DNA of 64,000 nucleotides. Source: Streptosporangiaceae bacterium (GTDB lineage Bacteria; Actinomycetota; Actinomycetes; Streptosporangiales; Streptosporangiaceae). Position 1 is the first letter of the stretch. Every line of letters begins with the position of its first letter. Below are positions 40,115 to 49,425 of this stretch, in pieces. The stretch lies in contig DASTYC010000026.1 in assembly GCA_035765195.1 (NCBI GenBank), positions 170,684 through 234,683 on the forward strand. Reading direction: 5' to 3'. A program made the position numbers and the translations under genes. The notes beneath the pieces are model-generated. The model did no database searches and was not told the DNA's origin. It was given only the letters and a program-made list of their open reading frames with translations.

Positions 40115-41950
40115 TCACGCCAGCGCCGCCAGCACGGAATCCAGGACGGCGAGATCGTCGTCGGGGACCCGTACCACGACGCCGTCGACGAGCGGCCTGG
40201 CCTCGGTCAGCAAACTGGCCATCAGATCGAGTCCGGTCTCCCGCGCGCCCTGCCCGGCGCGCTCCAACGCCGTCAAGGTGGCCGCGGGAATCGTCACGTC
40301 CGGCACCTCGTGGGCAAGGTAATCAGCCTCCTCGAAGCTGCGCAGCGGCGCCACGGACAGCAGCACCGGCACGTCTTCGTCGGCGAGGGCGTCCACCATA
40401 CGCCGCAGCGCGTCCAGTCCGTACACGGGCGTCGTGACAAGAAACTGGGCTCCCGCGCGCACCTTGGCCCGGCTCCGGGCGATCTCTGCCGCCACGTCCT
40501 CGGCGCCGGGGTTGATCCGCGCGCCGATGCAGAACGACGTCTTGGTCGTCAGCGGCAGCCCGTTGGAGTCGCGGCCGGAGTTGAGGGCGGCGAGCAGCGC
40601 GATCAGGCCGAGCGCGTCGACCTCCCAGACGCCGTCGACGGCCGGGTAGTCGCCGAGCACCGGCGGATTGCCCGTCTCGCAGATGACGCTGCGCATGCCC
40701 AGCGCGTGCGCGCCGAGCAGCTCCGCCTGGAGCGTCATGATCGTCTTGTCCCATGTGGTCACGGTCGCGACGCTCTCCACGCCGGCGTGCTGCTGCAGGT
40801 GCAGCGCCATGCTGACCGAGCCGAGCTGGGCCCGGGTGCTGTCCCCCGCCGTCACCGCGACCAGGGCGACGCCGCGTTCGCGCAGCGCCGCCACCGAGGT
40901 CATCGCGGCGTCGGCGACCCCGCCGACGGGCGGCGTGATCTCGGCGGCGGTGACGAAACGGCGGCGGGCCAGCCGGTCCGCGAGCCCGCCTTCGCCGATC
41001 CGCACCGGCGCCGGTGTGAGGGTGTAGGGCGCCGGCTTGGTGACCGGACGGGCGGCGGGCCCGGCGTCGGCGCCGCCCAGCTCGGCGATGCTGTCGGCGG
41101 CCACCCGGATGTGCGTCGGCGTCGTGCCGCAGCACCCGCCCACCAGGCCGGCGCCGGCCTCGGCGAAGCGGCGCAGGTAGCGGGCGAAGTAGGTGCCGTC
41201 GATGTTGAACTCGAACCGGCGGTGACCGAGCATGCGGGGCTGGCCGGCGTTCGGCTGCGCGCTCACCGGCAGCGAGGTGAACCGGATGAGGTCCTCCACC
41301 ACGCCCAGCATGCGCTGCGGGCCGATGGTGCAGTTGGTGCCGAGCATCGCGATCGGCAGCCCGCTCAGCGTCGAGGCGACCTCGTGCGCCGTCTCGCCCC
41401 CGAGCGTGCGCCCGTCCCCGGCGAAGGTCGCCTGGGCGATGATCGGGACGTCGCCGGTCGCCGCCGCGACCCGTACCGCCTCCGCCAGCTCGTCGAGGTA
41501 CCCGAACGTCTCCAGGATCAAGACGTCCACGCCCGCCTCGACGAGCACCTCGATCTGCTCCCTGAGCACGTCCGTTCGTTCGGCGGCGTCGACCCGATGC
41601 CGCTGCTGCGCGGTCACCGCCGGGGAGACCGATCCGGCGACGAAGACCGTCCGCTCGCTCTGCCGCCGCACCTCGTCGGCCAGCCGTACGCCGGCGCGGT
41701 TGATCTCCGCGACGCGGTCGCCGTACCCCTGGTCGCCGAGCCACAGCCGGTTGGCGCCGAAGGTGTTGGTCTGGATGATGTCGGCTCCCGAGCTGACGTA
41801 GCTCTCGTGCAGGGTGGCGACCAGCTTGGGATCGGAGAGGTTGAGCTCGGGCAGGGCACGGTCGAGGGTGTTGCCGGCGGCGTGCAGCATCGTGCCCATC
41901 GCCCCGTCGCCGATGAGGATGCGCGTGCCGACGACTTCGGTGAACCTCAT
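40115..41950 (-). CDS. bifunctional homocysteine S-methyltransferase / methylenetetrahydrofolate reductase (YitJ-like)
   Basis: 611 aa. The N-terminal Hcy-binding domain (ILIGDGAMGTML...GGCCGTTP) is fused to a C-terminal MTHFR domain. The stop/start overlaps the upstream PucR-family gene by 4 nt. Confidence 0.85.
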   Translation of the reverse strand: MRFTEVVGTRILIGDGAMGTMLHAAGNTLDRALPELNLSDPKLVATLHESYVSSGADIIQTNTFGANRLWLGDQGYGDRVAEINRAGVRLADEVRRQSERTVFVAGSVSPAVTAQQRHRVDAAERTDVLREQIEVLVEAGVDVLILETFGYLDELAEAVRVAAATGDVPIIAQATFAGDGRTLGGETAHEVASTLSGLPIAMLGTNCTIGPQRMLGVVEDLIRFTSLPVSAQPNAGQPRMLGHRRFEFNIDGTYFARYLRRFAEAGAGLVGGCCGTTPTHIRVAADSIAELGGADAGPAARPVTKPAPYTLTPAPVRIGEGGLADRLARRRFVTAAEITPPVGGVADAAMTSVAALRERGVALVAVTAGDSTRAQLGSVSMALHLQQHAGVESVATVTTWDKTIMTLQAELLGAHALGMRSVICETGNPPVLGDYPAVDGVWEVDALGLIALLAALNSGRDSNGLPLTTKTSFCIGARINPGAEDVAAEIARSRAKVRAGAQFLVTTPVYGLDALRRMVDALADEDVPVLLSVAPLRSFEEADYLAHEVPDVTIPAATLTALERAGQGARETGLDLMASLLTEARPLVDGVVVRVPDDDLAVLDSVLAALA

Positions 41951-43287
41951 GACTCCCCCAATGCGGTGAGGATCTCCAGCGCCACCTGCGCCATGAGGCG
42001 ATCGCGGTAGCTGTCCAGGCGCAGCCCGGTGATCTCCTCGATGCGCTTGATCCGGTAGGCCACTGTGTTGGGATGCACGTGGAGGTCCCGTGACGCCCGC
42101 TGCGGGCTGCTGTTGGCCCTGAAGTAGGCGGCGAGCGTGGTGAGGTACTCCGACCTGTGCTCGCGCTCGTGCAGGCTCAGGCTGCCCAGCACGTCGCGGG
42201 CGAACGAGCGCAGCTCGGACAGGTCGGGCACCTGCAGCAGCAGCCGGTGGATGCCGAGGTCGTCGAAGGAGGCGATGGTGCCGGCTCGGCCGAGGCGGCG
42301 CAGCGTCTCGATGGTGCGGTGCGCCTCGGCGTACGACCGCGCGATCTCCCTGGGCTCACGGCAGCCGCCGCCGATGCCGATGACGACCTTGGTGTCGGGG
42401 AACAGCTCGGCCAGCCGGTTGAGACAGACGCCGGCGAGCCGGCGCGGCGCGGCCTCGCCGGGATGCTCGGCGTCCGGTTCCGCGGCCACCACCACGACCT
42501 CGTCGTCGCGGGCCGAGATGATCGCCTCGCTCGCCCTCGTCGCGAAGAAGTGCTCGATGCTGTCGCGGGCGCGCTGGCGCAGGCCGTCGGCGTCGTCCGT
42601 GCTCCCGCCGTCGGCCGGCACCTCGAAGGCGATCACCAGCACGCAGTGCTCGCGCGCGGGGTGATAGCCCAGGTGCGCGGCCCAGCGCTCCGCCTCGCCC
42701 TCCTCGCGCCCGCGCCCGAGCAGCAGCCCTTCGACGAGGTCGTCCCGGACGCTGCGCGCCGCGGCCGCCACCACGCGTTCCCGCCCGAGGATCACGCCGG
42801 AGATCGTCGCCGCGTGCTCGGTCACCAGGAGGCTCATGTCGTCCTCGGCGTTCTTGTCCGCCGAGTCGAAGGTCAGCAGGTGGGCGGGCACGTCGTCGCC
42901 GACGAGGACGGGCGCGACGATGACCGCCGGCATGTCGCCGACGCGGGGCAGCCGCAGCGCCCGATGGCTTTGCCGCGAGGCCCGCAGTACCTGCCCGAGA
43001 CGCGGATGGACGACCTGCTCGCGCACCGTCTCGGCGGCCTCATCAGGCGTGACGCCGGGGGCGCCGGCCGCCAGCACGTCCATCATCTCGTTGACCACCG
43101 CCACGGTGGCGTCGGTGCGGTCGGCGAGCAGTTGGGCGACGCTGTCGAGGTCGGCGTTTTGCAGCGCGAGTCCGGAGAGGTGCCGATAGACGGTCACCAG
43201 CTCCCGCAGGACCTTGTTCTCGTGGCCCAGGTCTTTGGGGCCCGCCACGTTGGGGGCACGGCCACGTGCAGGCAGCCCATCCGCCAT
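41947..43287 (-). CDS. PucR/CdaR-family transcriptional regulator
   Basis: C-terminal PucR HTH (LAAYFRANSSPQRASRDLHVHPNTVAYRIKRIEEITG). Start MADGLPARG chosen by frame and context. Confidence 0.8.
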   Translation of the reverse strand: MADGLPARGRAPNVAGPKDLGHENKVLRELVTVYRHLSGLALQNADLDSVAQLLADRTDATVAVVNEMMDVLAAGAPGVTPDEAAETVREQVVHPRLGQVLRASRQSHRALRLPRVGDMPAVIVAPVLVGDDVPAHLLTFDSADKNAEDDMSLLVTEHAATISGVILGRERVVAAAARSVRDDLVEGLLLGRGREEGEAERWAAHLGYHPAREHCVLVIAFEVPADGGSTDDADGLRQRARDSIEHFFATRASEAIISARDDEVVVVAAEPDAEHPGEAAPRRLAGVCLNRLAELFPDTKVVIGIGGGCREPREIARSYAEAHRTIETLRRLGRAGTIASFDDLGIHRLLLQVPDLSELRSFARDVLGSLSLHEREHRSEYLTTLAAYFRANSSPQRASRDLHVHPNTVAYRIKRIEEITGLRLDSYRDRLMAQVALEILTALGES

Positions 43288-43314
43288 GATCGCCCATCTT
43301 ATTGCCGGATTCGG

Positions 43315-43341
43315 CCACAAACTTTGTGGATGACCACAAAG
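43315..43341. promoter_or_regulatory. perfect 7-1-7 inverted repeat CCACAAA-C-TTTGTGG plus an extra CCACAAAG half-site, 28 bp upstream of the PucR-family start (divergent promoter region)
   Basis: Read directly from the sequence. It is a candidate auto-operator. Confidence 0.5.
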
Positions 43342-43499
43342 AAGACAGATAGCACCATCAGCGTACGTCGGGCCAGGGCCCTCGCGGGGTTTGTGGCCGG
43401 ACACAGGAAGGCGGGCGGGTTGTTTGGGGCATCCGTCGTTGATGTGGGCGCGATGCCGGTGACAGCGTGCGAACAGGTTCCACCTATGGGAGAGCGAAA

Positions 43500-43754
43500 A
43501 TGGGCGCACCTGAGCCATGCCCCCACTGCGGCGCGGTCGGGGCCGGCGTACCCGAGCGGCACGGGCCGCTGGATGCGCTGTACGACGAGGTCGCGCGGAT
43601 CCGTGAGATCGCCGAGCTGCAGGCGGCCGAGCGGGAGACCATCGCGAGCCTCACCCGTGAGGTCCAGATGCTCCGCGAGACCGTGGCCCGTCTGCGCGGC
43701 ACCAACCACCCGGCCGCGGCCCGTCCTCGGCGGGTCCCGTCCCCGGCGGCCTGA
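43500..43754 (+). CDS. small hypothetical protein (84 aa) with CPHC motif and coiled-coil
   Basis: RBS GGAGAGCGAAA before the ATG. Sequence MGAPEPCPHCGAV...EIAELQAAERETIASLTREVQMLRETVARLRG. It is divergent from the PucR gene. Confidence 0.35.
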   Translation: MGAPEPCPHCGAVGAGVPERHGPLDALYDEVARIREIAELQAAERETIASLTREVQMLRETVARLRGTNHPAAARPRRVPSPAA

Positions 43755-43835
43755 TGCCCACGCGGTCACCGTTGCGTGATCATCGCGGATAGGTGAGGGT
43801 TGGCGCTGGAGGAGTCAGCCCGCTGACGAAGGGCT

Positions 43836-46772
43836 GTGCTCATGCATCGCTGGAACCGGATCCTCCTCGCCCTGGTCACCGTGGCCGCGCTCGTCTCTCC
43901 CGTCACGTTCGCGCGGCCGGCGACGGCGCAGGCGCCCGCCGGCGCCGCCACCTCGGCGGGCATGGCAGCCGGCAAGGCCCACACGGTCACCTACGACCGG
44001 TACTCGTTGATGATCGACGGACGCCGCGTGTGGCTGTGGTCGGCAGAGTTCCACTACTTCCGGCTGCCCAACCCCGACCTGTGGCGCGACCAGCTCGAAA
44101 AGCTCAAGGCCGTCGGGTTCAACGCCGTCTCGCTCTACTTCAGCTGGGCCTATCACTCCCCCGCGCCCGGGCGGTACGACTTCAGCGGCGTGCGCGACAT
44201 CGACCGGCTCCTCGACATCGCCGAGGACGTCGGCCTCTACGTGCTCGCCCGCCCCGGCCCCTACATCAACGCCGAGCTGGACTCGGGCGGCTTTCCGGCC
44301 TGGCTGGGCACCGTCCAGGGCCGCGCCCGCAGCAGCGCCGACGACTACCAGGCCGCCTGGGAGGACTGGTTCGACCACGTCAACCCCATCATCGCCCGGC
44401 ACCAGATCACCGACGGCCGCGGCTCGGTGGTGTTGTTCCAGATCGAAAACGAATACGACGCCGGCGATGCCGCGTACATGGAGGAACTGAAGGCGGCGGC
44501 GCGGGCCGACGGCATCACGGTGCCGCTGTTCCACAACGACAAGGGCCGCAACCTGCGCTGGGCGTCCGGCCCGGGCGCGCCCGACCTGTACGGCACCGAC
44601 ACCTATCCGGCGGCCTTCGACTGCAACCGCACCTCGTTCCCCGGGCTCACCGACTACCGCTTCCTGCGGCCCGGGGTCGGCGACCGGCCGTTCATCTGGG
44701 GCGAGTTCCAGGGCGGCGCGTTCGATCCGTGGGGCGGGCCCGGCTACGACGCCTGCCGCCGGCTGACCGGGCCGACGTTCGAGCGGATGTTCTACGACAA
44801 CAACATCGAGAACCAGTTCACCGTCCAGAACATCTACATGACCTACGGCGGGACCAACTGGGGCTGGCAGGCCGACCCGAACGTCGTCTACACCTCCTAT
44901 GACTACGGCGCCGCGTTCAACGAGCAGCGCGGGCTCACCGAGAAGATCCCGGTGCTCAAGCAGCAGGCGTACCTGGTGCACTCGGTGCGCGACCTGCTGA
45001 AGACCGACGACGTCGGCGAGCAGGCGGGCGTCAACCCGGCGCTGCGGGTGTGGGTCAAGCGCAACCCCGACACGAACGCGACGTTCTACTTCGTCCGGCA
45101 CGCCGGCAACGGCACGGCGGCCACCGACGACTCGACCGCGTTCACCGTCGACGTGCCCGACGGCACCTACACGGTGCCGCAGCAGTCCGGCACCGCGCTG
45201 CGGATCAACGGCAGGGACTTCAAGATCCTCACCGCCGGCTACACCATGGACCGCCAGCGGCTGGTCTACTCGACCTCGGAGATCATGACGCACACCCCGC
45301 TCGGCGGCCACGACGTGGCGCTGCTGCACGGCAGGTCCGGCGAGGCGGGCGAGACCGTGCTGCGGTACGCGAGCGAGCCGCGCGTCGACGTGCTCGCCGG
45401 GTCGGTCGCGGCGACGTGGGACGCCGCCCGCGGCGACCTGCGGCTGAACTACACCCACGACGGCCTGGCCCGGGTGCGCGTCTCCGGCGGCGGCCGCGCG
45501 CCGCTCGACCTGCTGCTCGCCGACAGCGACACGGCCTCGACGTTCTGGCGCCCGGACGGCGGCCAGGCGCTGGTCCGCGGCGCGTACCTGGTGCGCACGG
45601 CGGAGCGGCACGGCGCCACCCTCGCGCTGCGCGGCGACACCGAGCGCGCCGGCGAGATCGAGGTGTTCGCCGACCCGCGGGTGCGGCACGTCAGCTGGAA
45701 CGGCCGGCCGATCGCGACCTCCCGTACGTCCTCCGGCTCGCTGACCGGCGCGGTGCCCGGGCCCGCCCCCGTCCGCCTGCCCGCACTGACCCACTGGCGG
45801 TACGCGCAGGACGTGCCGGAGGCCGACCCGGGCTTCGACGACAGCGCGTGGACGGTCGCCGGCAACACCACGACCACCAACCCGACCAAGCCGGCCACCC
45901 TCCCGGTGCTGTACGCCGACGACTACGGAGTCCACTACGGCGACGTCTGGTACCGCGGGCACTTCACCGCGACCGGATCCGAGACGGGCGTCTCGCTCAC
46001 CGCGGGCACCGGCCGCGCCGGCGTCTGGTCGGTCTGGGTGAACGGCCGGTTCCTCGGCACGGTCAAGACCGGCAGGGCGAGCGGCGACCAGAACTCCAGC
46101 GGCGACTTCGCCTTCCCCGCCGGCCTGCTCCGGCCCGGCGCGGACAACGTGATCTCGGTGCTCGTCCGCGACATGGGCCACAACGAGAACGGCGGCAGCA
46201 ACGACAACCAGAAGCGGCCGCGCGGCCTGCTGGCCGCCACCGTCGGCGGTGCCGCGCCCGGCGCGGCGCCGCCGGTGTGGCGGATCCAGGGCGCGCCGCC
46301 CGACCCCGTGCGCGGCCCGCAAAACAGCGGCGGCCTGCACGGCGAGCGGGCCGGCTACCCGCTGCCCGGTTTCCCGGACCGGCGCTGGGCGACGGTGACG
46401 CTGCCGCGTCAGGAGACGACGCCCGGCGTCGCGTGGTACCGCACCACGGCCAGGCTCGACCTGCCGAAGGATCAGGACGTGCCGGTCGGGCTGCGGTTCA
46501 CCGACGACCCCGCGCGCCAGTACCGCGTGCTGATCTTCGTGAACGGGTGGAACGTCGGCCAGTACGTCAACGACGTGGGGCCGCAGCGCGTGTTCACCTT
46601 GCCGCAGGGCATCCTGCGCCACCGCGGCACGAACACCATCGCGCTCGCCGTGTGGTCCTACGACGGTGCGAGCGGCGGGCTCGGGCAGGTCTCGCTCGAG
46701 CCGCTGGGCAACCTCGCCACCGCCGCGCGCATCGGTGACATCGCCAGCCCCCGCTGGCGGCCGCCGCGCTGA
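43836..46772 (+). CDS. secreted glycoside hydrolase family 35 beta-galactosidase
   Basis: Signal peptide then the GH35 catalytic region (FNAVSLYFSWAYHSP..., LFQIENEYD with the catalytic Glu) plus beta-sandwich C-terminal domains. Confidence 0.9.
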   Translation: MLMHRWNRILLALVTVAALVSPVTFARPATAQAPAGAATSAGMAAGKAHTVTYDRYSLMIDGRRVWLWSAEFHYFRLPNPDLWRDQLEKLKAVGFNAVSLYFSWAYHSPAPGRYDFSGVRDIDRLLDIAEDVGLYVLARPGPYINAELDSGGFPAWLGTVQGRARSSADDYQAAWEDWFDHVNPIIARHQITDGRGSVVLFQIENEYDAGDAAYMEELKAAARADGITVPLFHNDKGRNLRWASGPGAPDLYGTDTYPAAFDCNRTSFPGLTDYRFLRPGVGDRPFIWGEFQGGAFDPWGGPGYDACRRLTGPTFERMFYDNNIENQFTVQNIYMTYGGTNWGWQADPNVVYTSYDYGAAFNEQRGLTEKIPVLKQQAYLVHSVRDLLKTDDVGEQAGVNPALRVWVKRNPDTNATFYFVRHAGNGTAATDDSTAFTVDVPDGTYTVPQQSGTALRINGRDFKILTAGYTMDRQRLVYSTSEIMTHTPLGGHDVALLHGRSGEAGETVLRYASEPRVDVLAGSVAATWDAARGDLRLNYTHDGLARVRVSGGGRAPLDLLLADSDTASTFWRPDGGQALVRGAYLVRTAERHGATLALRGDTERAGEIEVFADPRVRHVSWNGRPIATSRTSSGSLTGAVPGPAPVRLPALTHWRYAQDVPEADPGFDDSAWTVAGNTTTTNPTKPATLPVLYADDYGVHYGDVWYRGHFTATGSETGVSLTAGTGRAGVWSVWVNGRFLGTVKTGRASGDQNSSGDFAFPAGLLRPGADNVISVLVRDMGHNENGGSNDNQKRPRGLLAATVGGAAPGAAPPVWRIQGAPPDPVRGPQNSGGLHGERAGYPLPGFPDRRWATVTLPRQETTPGVAWYRTTARLDLPKDQDVPVGLRFTDDPARQYRVLIFVNGWNVGQYVNDVGPQRVFTLPQGILRHRGTNTIALAVWSYDGASGGLGQVSLEPLGNLATAARIGDIASPRWRPPR

Positions 46773-46815
46773 GCCGGGGTCTTTCACGCCGGCACCCGGA
46801 GGGTTTCACGTGTGC

Positions 46816-46845
46816 TTGACAGCCGGCCGGTGCCGCTCTGACTAT
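46816..46845 (+). promoter_or_regulatory. candidate sigma-70-like promoter TTGACA-N18-GACTAT downstream of the GH35 gene
   Basis: Read directly from the sequence. The -10 element is weak. Confidence 0.25.
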
Positions 46846-47214
46846 GGGAGCGCTCCCACCGCAGACGGCGATGGTCGTACGGGCCTCGGAGGCCCGCGCG
46901 GAAGCGAGGCGCTGGTTCAGCGAGCCCAGCGGCCCGCGTCGCGCGCTCCGAGCCGCGCTCCACCGGACGGCCATGCTCCCCCGTCGTCGCGGTGCCGCCG
47001 CTGGATCGGGGCGAGGACGGTGAGGATTCGCATGCGCGATTCGATAGCCCTGCGGCTGCGGCGGCCGGCGACCTGCACGGCAGTCGTGCTGGCGGTGGGA
47101 GCTCTCACGACCGCCCCGGCTCTTCCCGCCACCGCGTCTGGGACGCTCCGCACCACAAGCTGACCCGTGTCCCTATCATCGACGTTGTCCGGACAGGGGG
47201 TGGGAGGGGACGGT

Positions 47215-48240
47215 ATGGCGGCCACCGGCGAGTGGGTCGTTGTCGGCCTCGACAACGGCGGGACGAGCAACAACGCCACGGTGCTCGACGCCTCCGGGCG
47301 GTTCCTGGTCGACCGGCTGGTCGAGGTGCCCAGCCGCGTACGCGAAGGACCGGGCCCCGCGGTCGAGGCCCTGGTGGGGGCGCTCGACCGGGTGCTGCGC
47401 CTGACGGGCACCGACCGGACGGCCGTCCGCGCGGTGGGGCTCGACACGCCCGGTCCGGCGACGGCGGACGGCGTCATCTCGCAGAAGGGCGCCACGAACT
47501 TCTCCGAGCCGGCATGGCACGGGTTCGATGTCCGTGGCGCGCTGGAGGACCGCCTGGGTCTGCCGGTCACCTACAACAACGACGGCAACGCCGCTGCCCT
47601 CTACGCCCACCACGTACGATTCGGGGCCGCGTCCGCCGAGCGCTCGTCGGTCTCGGCGATCGTGGGCACCGGTCTGGGCGGCGGCGTGATCGAGTCGGGC
47701 CATGTCGTGCGCGGCGCCGCCGGCATGGCCGGCGAGCTGGGCCACATCCCCATCCCGATGGAGGGGCTGCTGGCAGATGGACAGCCGATGCCGATATGCA
47801 ACTGCGGCCTCGCCGGCGACGTGGAGAGCGTCGCGTCCCTGACCGGAATCGAGCGGAACCTGCTGCCGTACTGGCTGACCCGATTCGGCGACCATGAGCT
47901 CGCCCGGGCGGAGTCGATCGGCGCGGCCGCCCGGCTCGTCCGCGGTTACGGGGAGAAGGACGATCCGCTGGCGCTGAAGATCTTCGAACAGCAGGCGATG
48001 GCGCTCGGCCGGCTCTTCACCATCGCCGCCAACTTCACCGACCCGCACACCTACTTCGTCGGCGGCGGCGTGGTGGAGACGGCGCCCGCCTTCCGGGAGT
48101 GGTTCTTGGACCGCGTCAAGGAGCACACGATGCTGCGCGCCGAGCAGGAGCAGGTGGCGGGCTTCGCGCTCGTGCCCGATCTCGACATGGCGGGCGCCCG
48201 CGGTTCGGCGATCGCCGCCTTCGACGCGCTCCTGGCCTGA
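47215..48240 (+). CDS. ROK-family sugar kinase/regulator (glucokinase-like)
   Basis: N-terminal VVGLDNGGTS, ROK signature and Zn motif (GHIPIP...CNCGLAGDVES). Confidence 0.85.
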   Translation: MAATGEWVVVGLDNGGTSNNATVLDASGRFLVDRLVEVPSRVREGPGPAVEALVGALDRVLRLTGTDRTAVRAVGLDTPGPATADGVISQKGATNFSEPAWHGFDVRGALEDRLGLPVTYNNDGNAAALYAHHVRFGAASAERSSVSAIVGTGLGGGVIESGHVVRGAAGMAGELGHIPIPMEGLLADGQPMPICNCGLAGDVESVASLTGIERNLLPYWLTRFGDHELARAESIGAAARLVRGYGEKDDPLALKIFEQQAMALGRLFTIAANFTDPHTYFVGGGVVETAPAFREWFLDRVKEHTMLRAEQEQVAGFALVPDLDMAGARGSAIAAFDALLA

Positions 48241-48279
48241 GCCCGCGTGCCGGGCGCCCGCTCGCCGGTGACCGCGTGA

Positions 48280-49425
48280 TCAGGAGGTGTCGGCGGCCAC
48301 GCAGCGCGGGTTGGCGCGCAGGAGCGTGTTGGCGCCGGTTAACGACGCTCTGGACGCCGAGCCGCGCGGACCGTGCGAGGGCACCGAGAACTCGGGCATG
48401 AGCAGCGCGGCGATCGGCAGGGTGGGGGACATGACCGCGTAGGCGGCGGCCGTGCTCAGCGCCAGCGGCGAGCGGTCGCAGCGTTCGATGAGCTCGGTCA
48501 CCGCCGCCGCCTCCGCGGCCACCCGGTGCGGGCCGAGGAGCCGGGCGAGGAACTCGCGGGCGTCGTCGGCCGAGAGGGCGTCGAGTGTGATCGGGCGCGC
48601 CCCATGACTGGCCACCAGGCTGATCAGCCAGTTACGGCTGGTCACGACCACGAGGCAGCCGGCGCTTCCGGGCAGGAGGGGGCACACCTGGGCGGCGTCG
48701 CGGGCGCCGTCGAGCACGATCAGCACCCGCTTGCCCGCCAGCAGGCTGCGGTACAGCGCGGCGCGCGCCTCGAGGCCCGCGGGGATGCGGGCCGCCGGGA
48801 CGTCGAAGGCCTCGAGGAAGCCGAGGATGGCCTCGGCGGGCGACAGCGCCGCGGCGCGGTCCTGGCCGCCGCGCAGGTCCACGTAGAGCTGGCCGTCCGG
48901 GAACCGGTCGCTGACCTGGTGCGCCCAGTGGACGGCCAGGGCGGTCTTGCCGACCCCCCGCGGGCCGCAGATCACCGTCAGCGCCACCGTACGAGGGTCG
49001 TCGTCGAGCAGTGCCGACAGGGCGCGCAGCTCGCGTTCCCGGCCCGAGAAGTGGCGCGGAGCCATCGGGATCTGCCGGGGCAGCACCCGGCCGGCCGACG
49101 CCTCGGCGCAGCGGTCGGCCGGCTCGGCCCCGTCGCCCGTCACGCCCGGAACATCGCAGTTACCGCCATATCGGGTTAAATGGAGCAAATGCGCCACTTC
49201 CCCCTGATTGAGCTTGAGCGCCGCGGCGAGTAGCTGGATGGAACGGGGACGCGGCCGGCGGGTATGGCCTCGCTCGAGGTCGCTGATCGTACGGACGCTC
49301 AGCTCGGAGCGATGCGCGACCTCCTCTTGGGTCAGCCCCATCGCTCTGCGACGGCGGAGGAGGACCTCCCCCGCACCCAGGCCCCAATCGTTGGCGGAGC
49401 CGTTGCCAGAACGTGTCATGCTCAC
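48280..49425 (-). CDS. XRE-family HTH plus NB-ARC-like P-loop NTPase regulator, lacking the C-terminal TPR region typical of this family (truncated form)
   Basis: HTH (LRRRRAMGLTQEEVAHRSELSVRTISDLERG), Walker A GPRGVGKT and a GxP-like motif RSPLAL. The protein ends at 381 aa directly against the ROK gene. Confidence 0.65.
   Translation of the reverse strand: MSMTRSGNGSANDWGLGAGEVLLRRRRAMGLTQEEVAHRSELSVRTISDLERGHTRRPRPRSIQLLAAALKLNQGEVAHLLHLTRYGGNCDVPGVTGDGAEPADRCAEASAGRVLPRQIPMAPRHFSGRERELRALSALLDDDPRTVALTVICGPRGVGKTALAVHWAHQVSDRFPDGQLYVDLRGGQDRAAALSPAEAILGFLEAFDVPAARIPAGLEARAALYRSLLAGKRVLIVLDGARDAAQVCPLLPGSAGCLVVVTSRNWLISLVASHGARPITLDALSADDAREFLARLLGPHRVAAEAAAVTELIERCDRSPLALSTAAAYAVMSPTLPIAALLMPEFSVPSHGPRGSASRASLTGANTLLRANPRCVAADTS

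Noticed and set aside
46773-46800. Stem CCGGGG...CCCGG after the GH35 stop as a Rho-independent terminator
   Set aside because: The stem is imperfect and is not followed by a T-tract.
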